Shown here: positions 8,903-16,578 of the stretch, one piece after another | How the letters are laid out: every line of letters begins with the position of its first letter | How positions within the stretch are numbered: the stretch's first letter is position 1 | Origin: Polynucleobacter sp. JS-Mosq-20-D10 | Lineage (GTDB): Bacteria > Pseudomonadota > Gammaproteobacteria > Burkholderiales > Burkholderiaceae | Direction: 5' to 3' | Length of the DNA: 32,000 nucleotides | Assembly: GCF_018687755.1 (NCBI RefSeq) | Contig: NZ_CP061305.1 | Coordinates: forward strand, 2,019,788-2,051,787 | Notes under the pieces: model-generated | Database searches by the model: none | Seen by the model: the letters and a program-made list of their open reading frames with translations, nothing else | Told to the model about the DNA's origin: nothing | Translations under genes and position numbers: made by a program

Positions 8903-10008
8903 TATGCCCAGAATTCTTTGATTTTTGGTGCCTCAATTTTTGATCGATCATAGCCTGTACGCAATGCTCCAGCAATTTGCTTTGGGTCAAGCAAGTCAAC
9001 CCCCTTAGGTGTGCCGGCAACTATCCACTTCACCTTTGTACCAGTCGCCTTGATATCTTCAATATTTTGAGCAACGGGATGCGGAATGGTGGTGAGAATT
9101 GCGCCCGTCACCCCATCAGTCAAAGTAATGATCAAAGCTCTTTTTGAGCCAGCCACTAAATCTACATGGGCTGGATTAGAGCAAATACCCCCGTCCATGA
9201 CATAACGTTGACCTAATAATGTTGGTCCAGCAACCCCTGGTAAGGAGCTGCTTGCCGCCGCACCATGAGATAAGGGAATACCATTCTTTCTAGCGGTTAG
9301 TTGACCAACAACAATACGCTCACCCGTATAGCAATCTATTCCCGTTGTGAACATACGACTAGCCGGCCAATCTTTTTTGCTATCACCCGTTAACAATGCG
9401 ACTAGACTTTCAATGCGTTCGCTGTTCAGCTTATTGTTCGCTGCTAAAGCAGCATGGCCGATTATTTTAAGTGTCTCAATACTGCCGTCCTTTGCACTCA
9501 TATTAATTTGATCGGCCCTCACCTGACTAATATTGGGCTTAGTTAAAGGCGCAATCTTGGCAAAAATCTCGGGGAACTTACCAAAAAAATCAAACTCTTT
9601 TCGCAAACGGGAAAACTCTCCCGAGAGCAATGATGAACCCATATAAGAACCAGCAGAAGTACCAACTACCATTTCAGGAAGTTGAGCCATGTCTAACCCG
9701 GACTCAATAAGACCATGAAAGAATCCGCAATACCAAGCGATGTAATATTCTCCGCCGCCGCCGAGGACCATTGTTCGATCGAGACCTTTTGCTAATTTTG
9801 AAAACATAGGCTTGGTGGCAATTGGCAATGACAGGCCATCGTCAGAAAATAAATTATTAGATATTTCATTGGCCCTAGCTTGAATATTTGACTTTAGGGA
9901 CATTGACTGGGCTCTAGCAGCATCAGCCATAACTCCAGAGGTGCTAGTAATAGCTACAGCACTAACGGCAGAAGTTTTTAAGAAATTACGTCGGGAGGAT
10001 TGGGTCAT
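8902..10008 (-). CDS. Patatin-like phospholipase with Tat signal
   Basis: SSRRNFLKTSAV leader. GGGGEYY oxyanion motif, GTSAGS nucleophile elbow, DGG catalytic Asp motif. Confidence 0.85.
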   Translation of the reverse strand: MTQSSRRNFLKTSAVSAVAITSTSGVMADAARAQSMSLKSNIQARANEISNNLFSDDGLSLPIATKPMFSKLAKGLDRTMVLGGGGEYYIAWYCGFFHGLIESGLDMAQLPEMVVGTSAGSYMGSSLLSGEFSRLRKEFDFFGKFPEIFAKIAPLTKPNISQVRADQINMSAKDGSIETLKIIGHAALAANNKLNSERIESLVALLTGDSKKDWPASRMFTTGIDCYTGERIVVGQLTARKNGIPLSHGAAASSSLPGVAGPTLLGQRYVMDGGICSNPAHVDLVAGSKRALIITLTDGVTGAILTTIPHPVAQNIEDIKATGTKVKWIVAGTPKGVDLLDPKQIAGALRTGYDRSKIEAPKIKEFWA

Positions 10009-10053
10009 CTTTGCTCCATAGATCTTTTATTAATTTATAGCAGATCCCCAAAT

Positions 10054-10078
10054 AAAAAAACCACCCGAAGGGGGTTTT
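10054..10078. terminator. Bidirectional-looking terminator hairpin following a TLE
   Basis: aaaaaaaccacccgaagggggtttt. Confidence 0.6.
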
Positions 10079-10083
10079 GATGC

Positions 10084-10133
10084 CTCTTGGTGGCCCGAGG
10101 CGGAATCGAACCAGGGCCAAGGATGCTCAATCC
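10084..10133 (-). repeat. TLE copy, subfamily B
   Basis: ctcttggtggcccgaggcggaatcgaaccagggccaaggatgctcaatcc. Lies 3' of the BLUF gene. Confidence 0.85.
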
Positions 10134-10169
10134 CGCCCTCTCAATAAGCAACCTAATGAAAGCGGCGGA

Positions 10170-10568
10170 TTATTTCAGATCTCTCAGAGCGATCAAGAGT
10201 GGGTGTCCAGCAGGAAAATTTACATTCTCAACGGCCATAGCTATTTCAGGTAATTTTTTAGCTACTTCTTCACTACCCTGAAAAACCATAGTCCACTTAC
10301 TAAAGCTTCTATGTTCAATTGGCTTTGACTCTACGAGGTGAATATTTTTATGCCTAGTATCTTTTTGAATTTTTTCCCATAAACCTTCGATCTGAGTCCT
10401 TGGCCCTTCAATGACTTGACCAAAGCGATTATTTTCAAAAATCAGGGCGCCTGTAATCTCCATGCTCGTATTTCTCAAATAGGAGTGATAAAGCAAACGC
10501 ATCAAACCGAGAAAAGACATTTCTTGAGCCGGCTCGCTCACATAAGTTAATTCGATCAAATGGGTCAT
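10170..10568 (-). CDS. BLUF-domain blue-light FAD sensor
   Basis: LTYVS..., ITGALIFENNRFGQVIEGP, DTRHKNI and W.M follow the BLUF pattern. Confidence 0.85.
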   Translation of the reverse strand: MTHLIELTYVSEPAQEMSFLGLMRLLYHSYLRNTSMEITGALIFENNRFGQVIEGPRTQIEGLWEKIQKDTRHKNIHLVESKPIEHRSFSKWTMVFQGSEEVAKKLPEIAMAVENVNFPAGHPLLIALRDLK

Positions 10569-10643
10569 ATCGTTCTAATATAAAGAAATATCTCAATTAT
10601 TACAGACAATGCTAATAATTCCTCACAATAAGTAGTGACAAAT

Positions 10644-10666
10644 AAAAAACCACCCAAAGGTGGTTT
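10644..10666 (-). terminator. Rho-independent terminator following a TLE
   Basis: aaaaaaccacccaaaggtggttt. Confidence 0.65.
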
Positions 10667-10671
10667 CAGTG

Positions 10672-10721
10672 ATTCTTGGTGGCGTAGGGCGGAATCGACC
10701 AGAGCAGAGGATGTCTAATCC
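10672..10721 (-). repeat. TLE copy, subfamily B
   Basis: attcttggtggcgtagggcggaatcgaccagagcagaggatgtctaatcc. The tail contains the tautomerase stop codon (10715-10717). Confidence 0.8.
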
Positions 10722-11104
10722 TTTGGTGCGTATTGCATTTCTCCATTGCCAAATGACCAGTTTTCCTTACTCACCTCAACTAAATTAATAACGATATCCT
10801 GGGGTCTGACCTTGAGCTTTTCAACCAAACCTTCACATATGGCTTTGTAGAACTTCTTCTTTATCTCCGTAGTTCTGCCCTCATTTAGAGTCACCTGGAT
10901 GAAAACAATATCTTCAGAATACTCAATGCCTAGATAACTTTTGGGTATAACCAGCTCCTGGCTTTCGTGCCTAGTAATAACTTGAAACTTATCATCTTTA
11001 GGCACATTAATGTGCCCCATCATCACTTCATAAACAATCTCGCCCACTTGCTGGGCAAAGCTTTCTGAATGTTTTTTACTTAAATCAATTCTGACAAATG
11101 GCAT
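10715..11104 (-). CDS. Tautomerase-superfamily protein (Pro-1)
   Basis: MPFVRIDL N-terminus, 129 aa, tautomerase_2-like length. Confidence 0.65.
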   Translation of the reverse strand: MPFVRIDLSKKHSESFAQQVGEIVYEVMMGHINVPKDDKFQVITRHESQELVIPKSYLGIEYSEDIVFIQVTLNEGRTTEIKKKFYKAICEGLVEKLKVRPQDIVINLVEVSKENWSFGNGEMQYAPKD

Positions 11105-11123
11105 CTAAATATCTCCTTACATT

Positions 11124-11807
11124 TTATTTTTTGAGTCGTTCATTGCTGGGAAAAAGATTTTTTTTGGACTCTTCATCTACCTCTGTCTTGAATGTGTACT
11201 TAGCCTTAATCGCCTCAACAGCCTGGGCACTTGGCTTGGCATTAATCTCGTCTAAAAGGCGTTTCACACTAGGTAGTTTTTCCCAGGCACCTTCGCCCAA
11301 TACAAACGGTATCACCCTGGCCCAGCCCCAAACAGACATATCAACAATGCTGTATTCACTAAGCATATAGGGCTGTTTAGATAGACGCTCTTCAATTAAT
11401 AGCCAGTGACGCCATGCTTCAAAGTCATAACGATTAACGGCATATTCTTTTGGCTCTGGGGCAAAGTGCTTGAAGTGAACAGCCTGTCCGCAATACGGAC
11501 CAATGCCAGTCGCAACAAACATGAGCCATGAATAAAGCTCAGCATGTGCCTGTGGCGTATTTGCCGGCATAAACTTACCAATCTTCTCGCCCAAGTAAAG
11601 CATGATGGCATTGCTATCGAACACCTTAATGTCGCCATCAACTAAAGCAGGCGTCTTTCCATTAGGATTGATTGCTCTAAATTCTGGTTTGTGTTGATCG
11701 CCCTTACGGGTATCGGTAACAATAATTTCGTAAGGCGTATTGGTCTCTTCTAAATACAAAGCTACTTTTGCTGGATTAGGTGATGGGTGATAGTAGAGCT
11801 TAAGCAT
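11124..11807 (-). CDS. Glutathione S-transferase
   Basis: N-terminal thioredoxin-like fold motifs (YHPSPNPAKV, NPNGKTPALVD) and a helical C-terminal domain. Lies 19 nt from the tautomerase gene. Confidence 0.85.
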   Translation of the reverse strand: MLKLYYHPSPNPAKVALYLEETNTPYEIIVTDTRKGDQHKPEFRAINPNGKTPALVDGDIKVFDSNAIMLYLGEKIGKFMPANTPQAHAELYSWLMFVATGIGPYCGQAVHFKHFAPEPKEYAVNRYDFEAWRHWLLIEERLSKQPYMLSEYSIVDMSVWGWARVIPFVLGEGAWEKLPSVKRLLDEINAKPSAQAVEAIKAKYTFKTEVDEESKKNLFPSNERLKK

Positions 11808-11851
11808 TTTTTATTCCTAGAGATGGACGTCTTTAATGATACCCACAAATG

Positions 11852-11875
11852 AAAAAGCCACCCGAAGGTGGTTTT
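11852..11875. terminator. Terminator hairpin following a TLE
   Basis: aaaaagccacccgaaggtggtttt. Confidence 0.65.
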
Positions 11876-11879
11876 AGTG

Positions 11880-11938
11880 TTTCTTGGTGGCCCGGGGCGG
11901 AATCGAACCACCGACACAAGGATTTTCAAATATCCTCC
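11880..11938 (-). repeat. TLE copy, subfamily A, the most tRNA-like
   Basis: The minus strand reads AGGAT-ATTTGAAA-ATCCT TGTGTC GGTGG TTCGATT CCGCC CCGGGCC A CCA. No 5' acceptor strand or D arm is present. Confidence 0.85.
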
Positions 11939-12097
11939 GATAGACCGCTTTCGCTTTGATTTCAAGTGGTTAACCCCACCTGAGACATTTCGTGCGCAAA
12001 AATCCTGAGCGTAATCAAAAAGTTACGATAGCGTGTAAAAACTGTGCGCAAACAGTAAAGCCAATATGTGTCGGTCACCCACCATGGTTACTCGCAA

Positions 12098-12114
12098 TGT
12101 CGTTTAAAACGACA
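12098..12114. repeat. 17-bp palindrome, perfect
   Basis: tgtcgtttaaaacgaca. Confidence 0.9.
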
Positions 12115-12170
12115 AACTATTTTTACTATGCCTGCTTAATGAATCAGATCTTTAATTTGAATCGTATATA

Positions 12171-12635
12171 TCACTCAGGAAACCAAGGTTTTGATTCGTT
12201 ATCGCGGTTTTGAAGTTCATAGTCTTTTCTAGCCAGATCCAGATTCTTATTGAACTCAGCATCAACCCCACCAATAGGGCTAATAATATTCCTTGGTAAT
12301 GGCTGAAGAGACTTAGGCATCTTCACATTATCCTTATCGAAAGTCTTTTTGACGGTCTGAGCAAAGTCATGTTGATGCTTGTGCTGTTGATGTTTTATTT
12401 GTGTTGGCGTTTTTGGTATTGGCTTAGCTTTAGGCAATGGTTTAGGTGGGGCTGCCACTGGCGCTCGTTTTGGTACTCGAGGCTTTGCTTTGGTAGCGAT
12501 TGGTTTTGCTACAGGCTTAGCTACAGGCCTTGGCATTTGCGGTACTTCATTAGCCAGCTGATTAAATGTATTGTTAAAGATCAGTCTGGCTAGTTTCATC
12601 TTTTCATCTGCAGTGATGATTTCATCAAGTTTCAT
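12171..12635 (-). CDS. Pro/Lys-rich hypothetical protein
   Basis: Strong RBS AAGGAGA. Low-complexity PVAKPVAKPIATKAKPRVPKRAPVAAPPKPLPKAKP core. Confidence 0.55.
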   Translation of the reverse strand: MKLDEIITADEKMKLARLIFNNTFNQLANEVPQMPRPVAKPVAKPIATKAKPRVPKRAPVAAPPKPLPKAKPIPKTPTQIKHQQHKHQHDFAQTVKKTFDKDNVKMPKSLQPLPRNIISPIGGVDAEFNKNLDLARKDYELQNRDNESKPWFPE

Positions 12636-12808
12636 CGTTATCTCCTTTTCATATATTTAGCGAGAGATATTCAAACCCACAAGATTAATCATGTCGCATT
12701 CGGCTCTCGGCCATGTGGCTCGCCTCTGCGAAGTGGGCTTCAGCACCCAATTCATTTCTAATCCCGCCAGCAGGCGAGAAATTTCATTGACGCCGTTACC
12801 CCAAAAAC

Positions 12809-12899
12809 GCCCTAGCTAGGGCTGGTGTAGACGTCTTGTGCTTCGCTAGTTCGTCGGGATTAGCTAATCCCGACTATGGGGTGCCAAGCACGGCACCCC
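12809..12899. other. Cluster of three GC-rich perfect palindromes or hairpins
   Basis: gccctagctagggc (12809-12822); gtcgggattagctaatcccgac (12853-12874); ggggtgcc-aagcac-ggcacccc (12878-12899). Confidence 0.7.
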
Positions 12900-12904
12900 T
12901 AGTT

Positions 12905-13342
12905 TTATCGTCTAAAGCCTGCACGTACTGCGCCACTCGCCGCTTCAATCTGGGTATCTAATTCCCCAGCCTCTACAGCAACCTTAATAATCTCTAATGC
13001 TTTAATTAGCTCGTCTGCAGAATTTACTTCCACAGCAGTCTTGCCTTTAGCAAATTCAATGATCTTGGCACCATAGCGAACGTTTAAGCAAACCTTGCCA
13101 TCGGCAGCTACAAACCACCACTGTCGAATACGCTTTTCATGCTCAATATTTTTACGTGCGCCATCACTGTCTTTAACTGTCTTAAATTTCTTAACAGTAA
13201 AAGTTCCGCCATCTTTACTAGCTTTGGCTAGCTGGAGCTGCTCCCATACCTTGTTTGCTAATTTATTACGGCGATGCAGAACTGGTGGAATACTTGTCGG
13301 TTTTCTTGAATTAACCATTTTCAAACTGTTTAATGTGCTCAT
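12905..13342 (-). CDS. Hypothetical island protein
   Basis: ATG at 13342 preceded by AAGGAGAA. 145 aa with no motif I recognise. Confidence 0.55.
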   Translation of the reverse strand: MSTLNSLKMVNSRKPTSIPPVLHRRNKLANKVWEQLQLAKASKDGGTFTVKKFKTVKDSDGARKNIEHEKRIRQWWFVAADGKVCLNVRYGAKIIEFAKGKTAVEVNSADELIKALEIIKVAVEAGELDTQIEAASGAVRAGFRR

Positions 13343-13961
13343 CGTTTTCTCCTTTAAGTTAAATGGGCACACTTAATTTATTGTCATAAGTTTTGGTTGG
13401 ACAACCACTTTTTGCCAAAAGCCACAGAGATCTAATAAATTTCAACCAGATCTATTCTTCTTTTATTAGGTTTTGCTAAATAACTTTATAAATTACTACT
13501 GAAACAAGAGCAGTGACACTCAGTTGTTATGTCACCCTAAAGCTGGACTTAGAGTCGCAGTCATGGAAATTCTGGGCAGTAGCAGAGACTTAGTATCACT
13601 ATCCTTTACAGGACGCCATTAGAGTTGCTTACTAATTGATATAAGAATATTTCAGCACAAAGATTAAAAGATCACGAGCAAGCCCTGCTTACACAGCAAC
13701 TTGCAAACACGACATAGGTAGCCACTTAATGCTTATGTCATTGTTGCGTTTTACGGCCGCACATAAAAGGAGATAGCGAAACCGCCCTTACCCAATCGGG
13801 TTGTGCCCTAAGTGGTGTAGTAAAGAACTCGGCGAAAGTCCTTTCCTATAACTGAGCCTGTTGCTTAAGGCTCAGTGTAGGTTGAATCTAGCGAAAATCA
13901 ATCAAAGAAAAAAGGAATGTGTGAGCGAGAGCGAAACACAGGCGAATGTAGTTCGCCTTAC

Positions 13962-14381
13962 TTATTCATAATATCTTTTGTATAGCTCCTGAAGAATATT
14001 CGATAACTGTTCCTCGTCTAATCCAGATTCTTCAAAATCATCCAGAATATTGATATCCCAGTAATCTTCCTCGACGTTATAGATTACAGGTATTCTCACT
14101 TCTTCTAAGTGATGAATAATAGTTCCTCTAAAAGTTTCATGCTCTGGAAATACAAAGCCATCGTTTAGTGAGTCTTTATGGACAAACATATAGTACGTTT
14201 CGATATTCTTATCCATACTTTCACCAAGCTCATCATCATCGCCATATGCGTTAAACATTATTTTGATCTCTTGAGCGCGGGATAAGTCTTCGTTGTACTC
14301 TAATTCATCAACAATTTCTCTAGCATCAATCATGAACTGCTCTACTATTTCATAGTCTGTCGGCATTTGATCCTCACTCAT
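13962..14381 (-). CDS. Highly acidic small protein (Asp/Glu-rich)
   Basis: 139 aa, very D/E-rich (DDDELGES, EEDYWDINILDDFEESGLDEE), AT-rich codons. Confidence 0.6.
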   Translation of the reverse strand: MSEDQMPTDYEIVEQFMIDAREIVDELEYNEDLSRAQEIKIMFNAYGDDDELGESMDKNIETYYMFVHKDSLNDGFVFPEHETFRGTIIHHLEEVRIPVIYNVEEDYWDINILDDFEESGLDEEQLSNILQELYKRYYE

Positions 14382-14745
14382 TAAATATTCTTTAGACTAA
14401 TTCTATAAGAGTATCAAGACAAAATCTCCTCTGTAATTTTTCATAAGTCGAAAATTTAATAGCTTTAGACTCATTCAATGTAAATCCGTCGTATAAGCGG
14501 TGAACTGAAGCTATCGCTTACTTGGGTAGCTGAACCCAAAATCAAACAGCTTATAGGGCTTATAAATACATCATGAATGATCGTGGCGAAAATGCCACGA
14601 AAAGATAATCTAATACATAAAAGATTATGAAATCAGCTAAGTCTTTGAATTTTGGAAGGTTCTTTCTTAGCCAATTTCGGTTGCTCTAACCAAACATAAG
14701 AAAACATACTGTAGCTCTGTATTTATTACATTTCAGGGAGAACGT

Positions 14746-15312
14746 ATGTCACAAGCAAGAGTTTTAAATCCACAAGAACTACGCCGAGTTTTAGACCATG
14801 TTGCTACACGTAGGCACAGCGCTCGTAATCGCGCTATGTTGCTACTTACGCACTACGCGGGTATGCGAGTAGGTGAAGTTGCCGCCCTACGCATAAACGA
14901 CGTTTTAAATAGCGACAACACGATTAAGGATGAAGTGCGCTTAATGCCCGAGCAAACCAAAGGAAAGCATGCTCGTACTGTTTACCTAAATGAACGTATG
15001 CGTAAGGAGATTAGCCAGTACTTGCGTGTACTTCGTATTAAAGATGCCAGCAAGCCTTTGTTCTACACACAAAAACAAGCTGGTTTCTCTGCTAACTCAT
15101 TAGCCCAGTACTTCTTTTATCTCTATCGAGCCTGCTTACTAGATGGTGCAAGCAGCCATAGTGGCAGACGTAGCTTTCTAACTGGGCTTGCTAATAAGGG
15201 TACGGCGATCCATATTTTGAAGAGCCTAGCAGGACATAGAAACATTAGCACTACCGCAAGCTATCTCTATAGCAGTCCAACACAACTTAAGGCCGCAGTT
15301 GAACTTGTGTAA
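14746..15312 (+). CDS. Short tyrosine recombinase (catalytic domain only, 188 aa)
   Basis: GGGAG RBS. AGMRVGEV (Arg I), HSGRRSF (HxxR), GHRNISTTASYLY (His...Tyr nucleophile). Confidence 0.8.
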   Translation: MSQARVLNPQELRRVLDHVATRRHSARNRAMLLLTHYAGMRVGEVAALRINDVLNSDNTIKDEVRLMPEQTKGKHARTVYLNERMRKEISQYLRVLRIKDASKPLFYTQKQAGFSANSLAQYFFYLYRACLLDGASSHSGRRSFLTGLANKGTAIHILKSLAGHRNISTTASYLYSSPTQLKAAVELV

Positions 15313-15651
15313 TTACTTGGCTATGTTAGTTACGACATCACCAACATAGTCTTGCTTAACTTGTGCCGAAGCTAGCTGTACCAATAATTTGATACCCCTC
15401 TCAGAAGGTAGCTTATGTCCAAACCAGCAACAATAAACTTCAACTCGCTTCTTTCCAATCTTACCTAACGGCAACTTAACAGAAGGGGCAAGTACAAAGG
15501 TGCCGTTTACTTCTGCATTTCTATACATCGCATTGACAACCTTTATTACCCTCTCCGCTTTTACAGTCTTAAAACTCTTTTCTATTGCTGTGGAAGATAA
15601 TTTTGGGCATTTGGCATGATTCCATGCTGGTGCTTTTAGATAGAAATCCAT
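15313..15651 (-). CDS. Hypothetical protein
   Basis: GAGGG RBS, 112 aa. The stop abuts the stop of the convergent recombinase gene. Confidence 0.5.
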   Translation of the reverse strand: MDFYLKAPAWNHAKCPKLSSTAIEKSFKTVKAERVIKVVNAMYRNAEVNGTFVLAPSVKLPLGKIGKKRVEVYCCWFGHKLPSERGIKLLVQLASAQVKQDYVGDVVTNIAK

Positions 15652-15695
15652 ATAACCCTCATAGTTGATTACAAGTAGTTAATAGGATATCAAAT

Positions 15696-15712
15696 TGTCG
15701 TTTTAAACGTCA
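15696..15712. repeat. 17-bp palindrome family, one mismatch
   Basis: tgtcgttttaaacgtca. Overlaps the stop codon at 15703-15705. Confidence 0.75.
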
Positions 15713-16452
15713 TTCTTTGTTAACGGGAATCTACCTAATCCTGTATTGCTTATCAATTTTTCTGCGTTAGCTATGTAACGCTTCACACTCGCAGCCATGA
15801 CATTTCTAAACACTTGTCGCTCATTCATACTCATATTATCGGTAGTCATAGCAGAGGGCACTAATCGCATTTGCTCGCCAATCTTCCACAAGGGTATCTT
15901 GGGCTTTTCGTCTTTAACTTTTAGATATTCGTCATAAACCTGTAATGTCTTTTGTAAGTTCTCAATCGTGTAGTTACGCTCAAGTGGATAGTTAGCTGTA
16001 CTTTTATCTAAGTTACCTTTCTTGCGCCCAGGCTTATCTGCATGATGGCGCTTATCTAGCAACCTTATTAGGCGACTTTGAATATACCTCCTGCTAGATG
16101 TTAACGGGATAGCAACTACAAGTACCTTATCGTTTGTCCATGCCTCATCCCATTGAGATTTATCTTCAATCTCCCTAAGTGTTAATTCAGGAATAGTTTC
16201 AGCAAATAAATTAGCGCCACGCTTGTCCTCAGTCCACCACTTCTTAAAGTTATCTTCACGCACATCGCCAAAGTCTTTGTATAGCTTGGCTAACTTACCT
16301 TTGCCGCCCTTTTCACAACAAGCCAAATAGTCTTTATTTCGGCGTAGATACACCCACCACCAGTAATAAGGACTTTGTTGTTGATAAGACAAAGTACGCG
16401 GTTTGTTCTTAGTGCCAAAAGTGGGGTGAGGAGCGAGAAATCTTCTTAACAT
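15703..16452 (-). CDS. Island protein with W-rich YYWWWVYLRRNKDY motif (resembles DUF6499/DUF2285-type regulator domains of integrative elements; tentative)
   Basis: 249 aa. The motif resembles the WxFLRRNPxY signature recalled from ICE-borne regulator-like proteins. Confidence 0.55.
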   Translation of the reverse strand: MLRRFLAPHPTFGTKNKPRTLSYQQQSPYYWWWVYLRRNKDYLACCEKGGKGKLAKLYKDFGDVREDNFKKWWTEDKRGANLFAETIPELTLREIEDKSQWDEAWTNDKVLVVAIPLTSSRRYIQSRLIRLLDKRHHADKPGRKKGNLDKSTANYPLERNYTIENLQKTLQVYDEYLKVKDEKPKIPLWKIGEQMRLVPSAMTTDNMSMNERQVFRNVMAASVKRYIANAEKLISNTGLGRFPLTKNDV

Positions 16453-16578
16453 TTCTTAACATTCTAATTAACACTATTTGATTGTACATCGAAAAAATAG
16501 GCTAAATCCTGATAATACATACATGGCTAAGCGGTTAAATTTCTTAACAAGCACCCATAAATTGAAAGGTAATAAATC

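Noticed and set aside
10087-10281. ORFs translated from the tRNA-like element (10087..10281 +, 11762..11965 -, and 11992..12213 +).
   Set aside because: They start inside or read through the repeat or terminator, overlap better-supported genes or intergenic repeats, and have no RBS.
421-11938. Classical integron cassette array, with the repeats acting as attC sites.
   Set aside because: The repeats lack the RYYYAAC/GTTRRRY cores and the paired R/L box architecture of attC. No intI-type integrase is in the window. Only the geometry is integron-like.
11880-11975. Possible genuine tRNA or tmRNA gene on the minus strand (T-loop, acceptor strand, ACCA, anticodon-like hairpin).
   Set aside because: No complementary 5' acceptor strand (GGCCCGG) and no D arm within 100 nt. 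The anticodon-like loop is 8 nt. The acceptor does not start GGGG as in tmRNA. The same holds for the other 12 copies, so they are called repeats rather than tRNA genes.
6390-13376. Antisense or overlapping short ORFs (6390..6587, 7637..7837, 8170..8352, 8820..9020, 11098..11370, 11396..11641, 12369..12593, 13095..13376).
   Set aside because: They are shadow ORFs of the annotated genes, or span intergenic repeats. None has an RBS or a motif.
14888-14915. Partial palindrome-like sequence aaacgacgttttaaatagcgac inside the short recombinase gene.
   Set aside because: Only one arm plus the AT core matches the family. It is too diverged to call as a copy.
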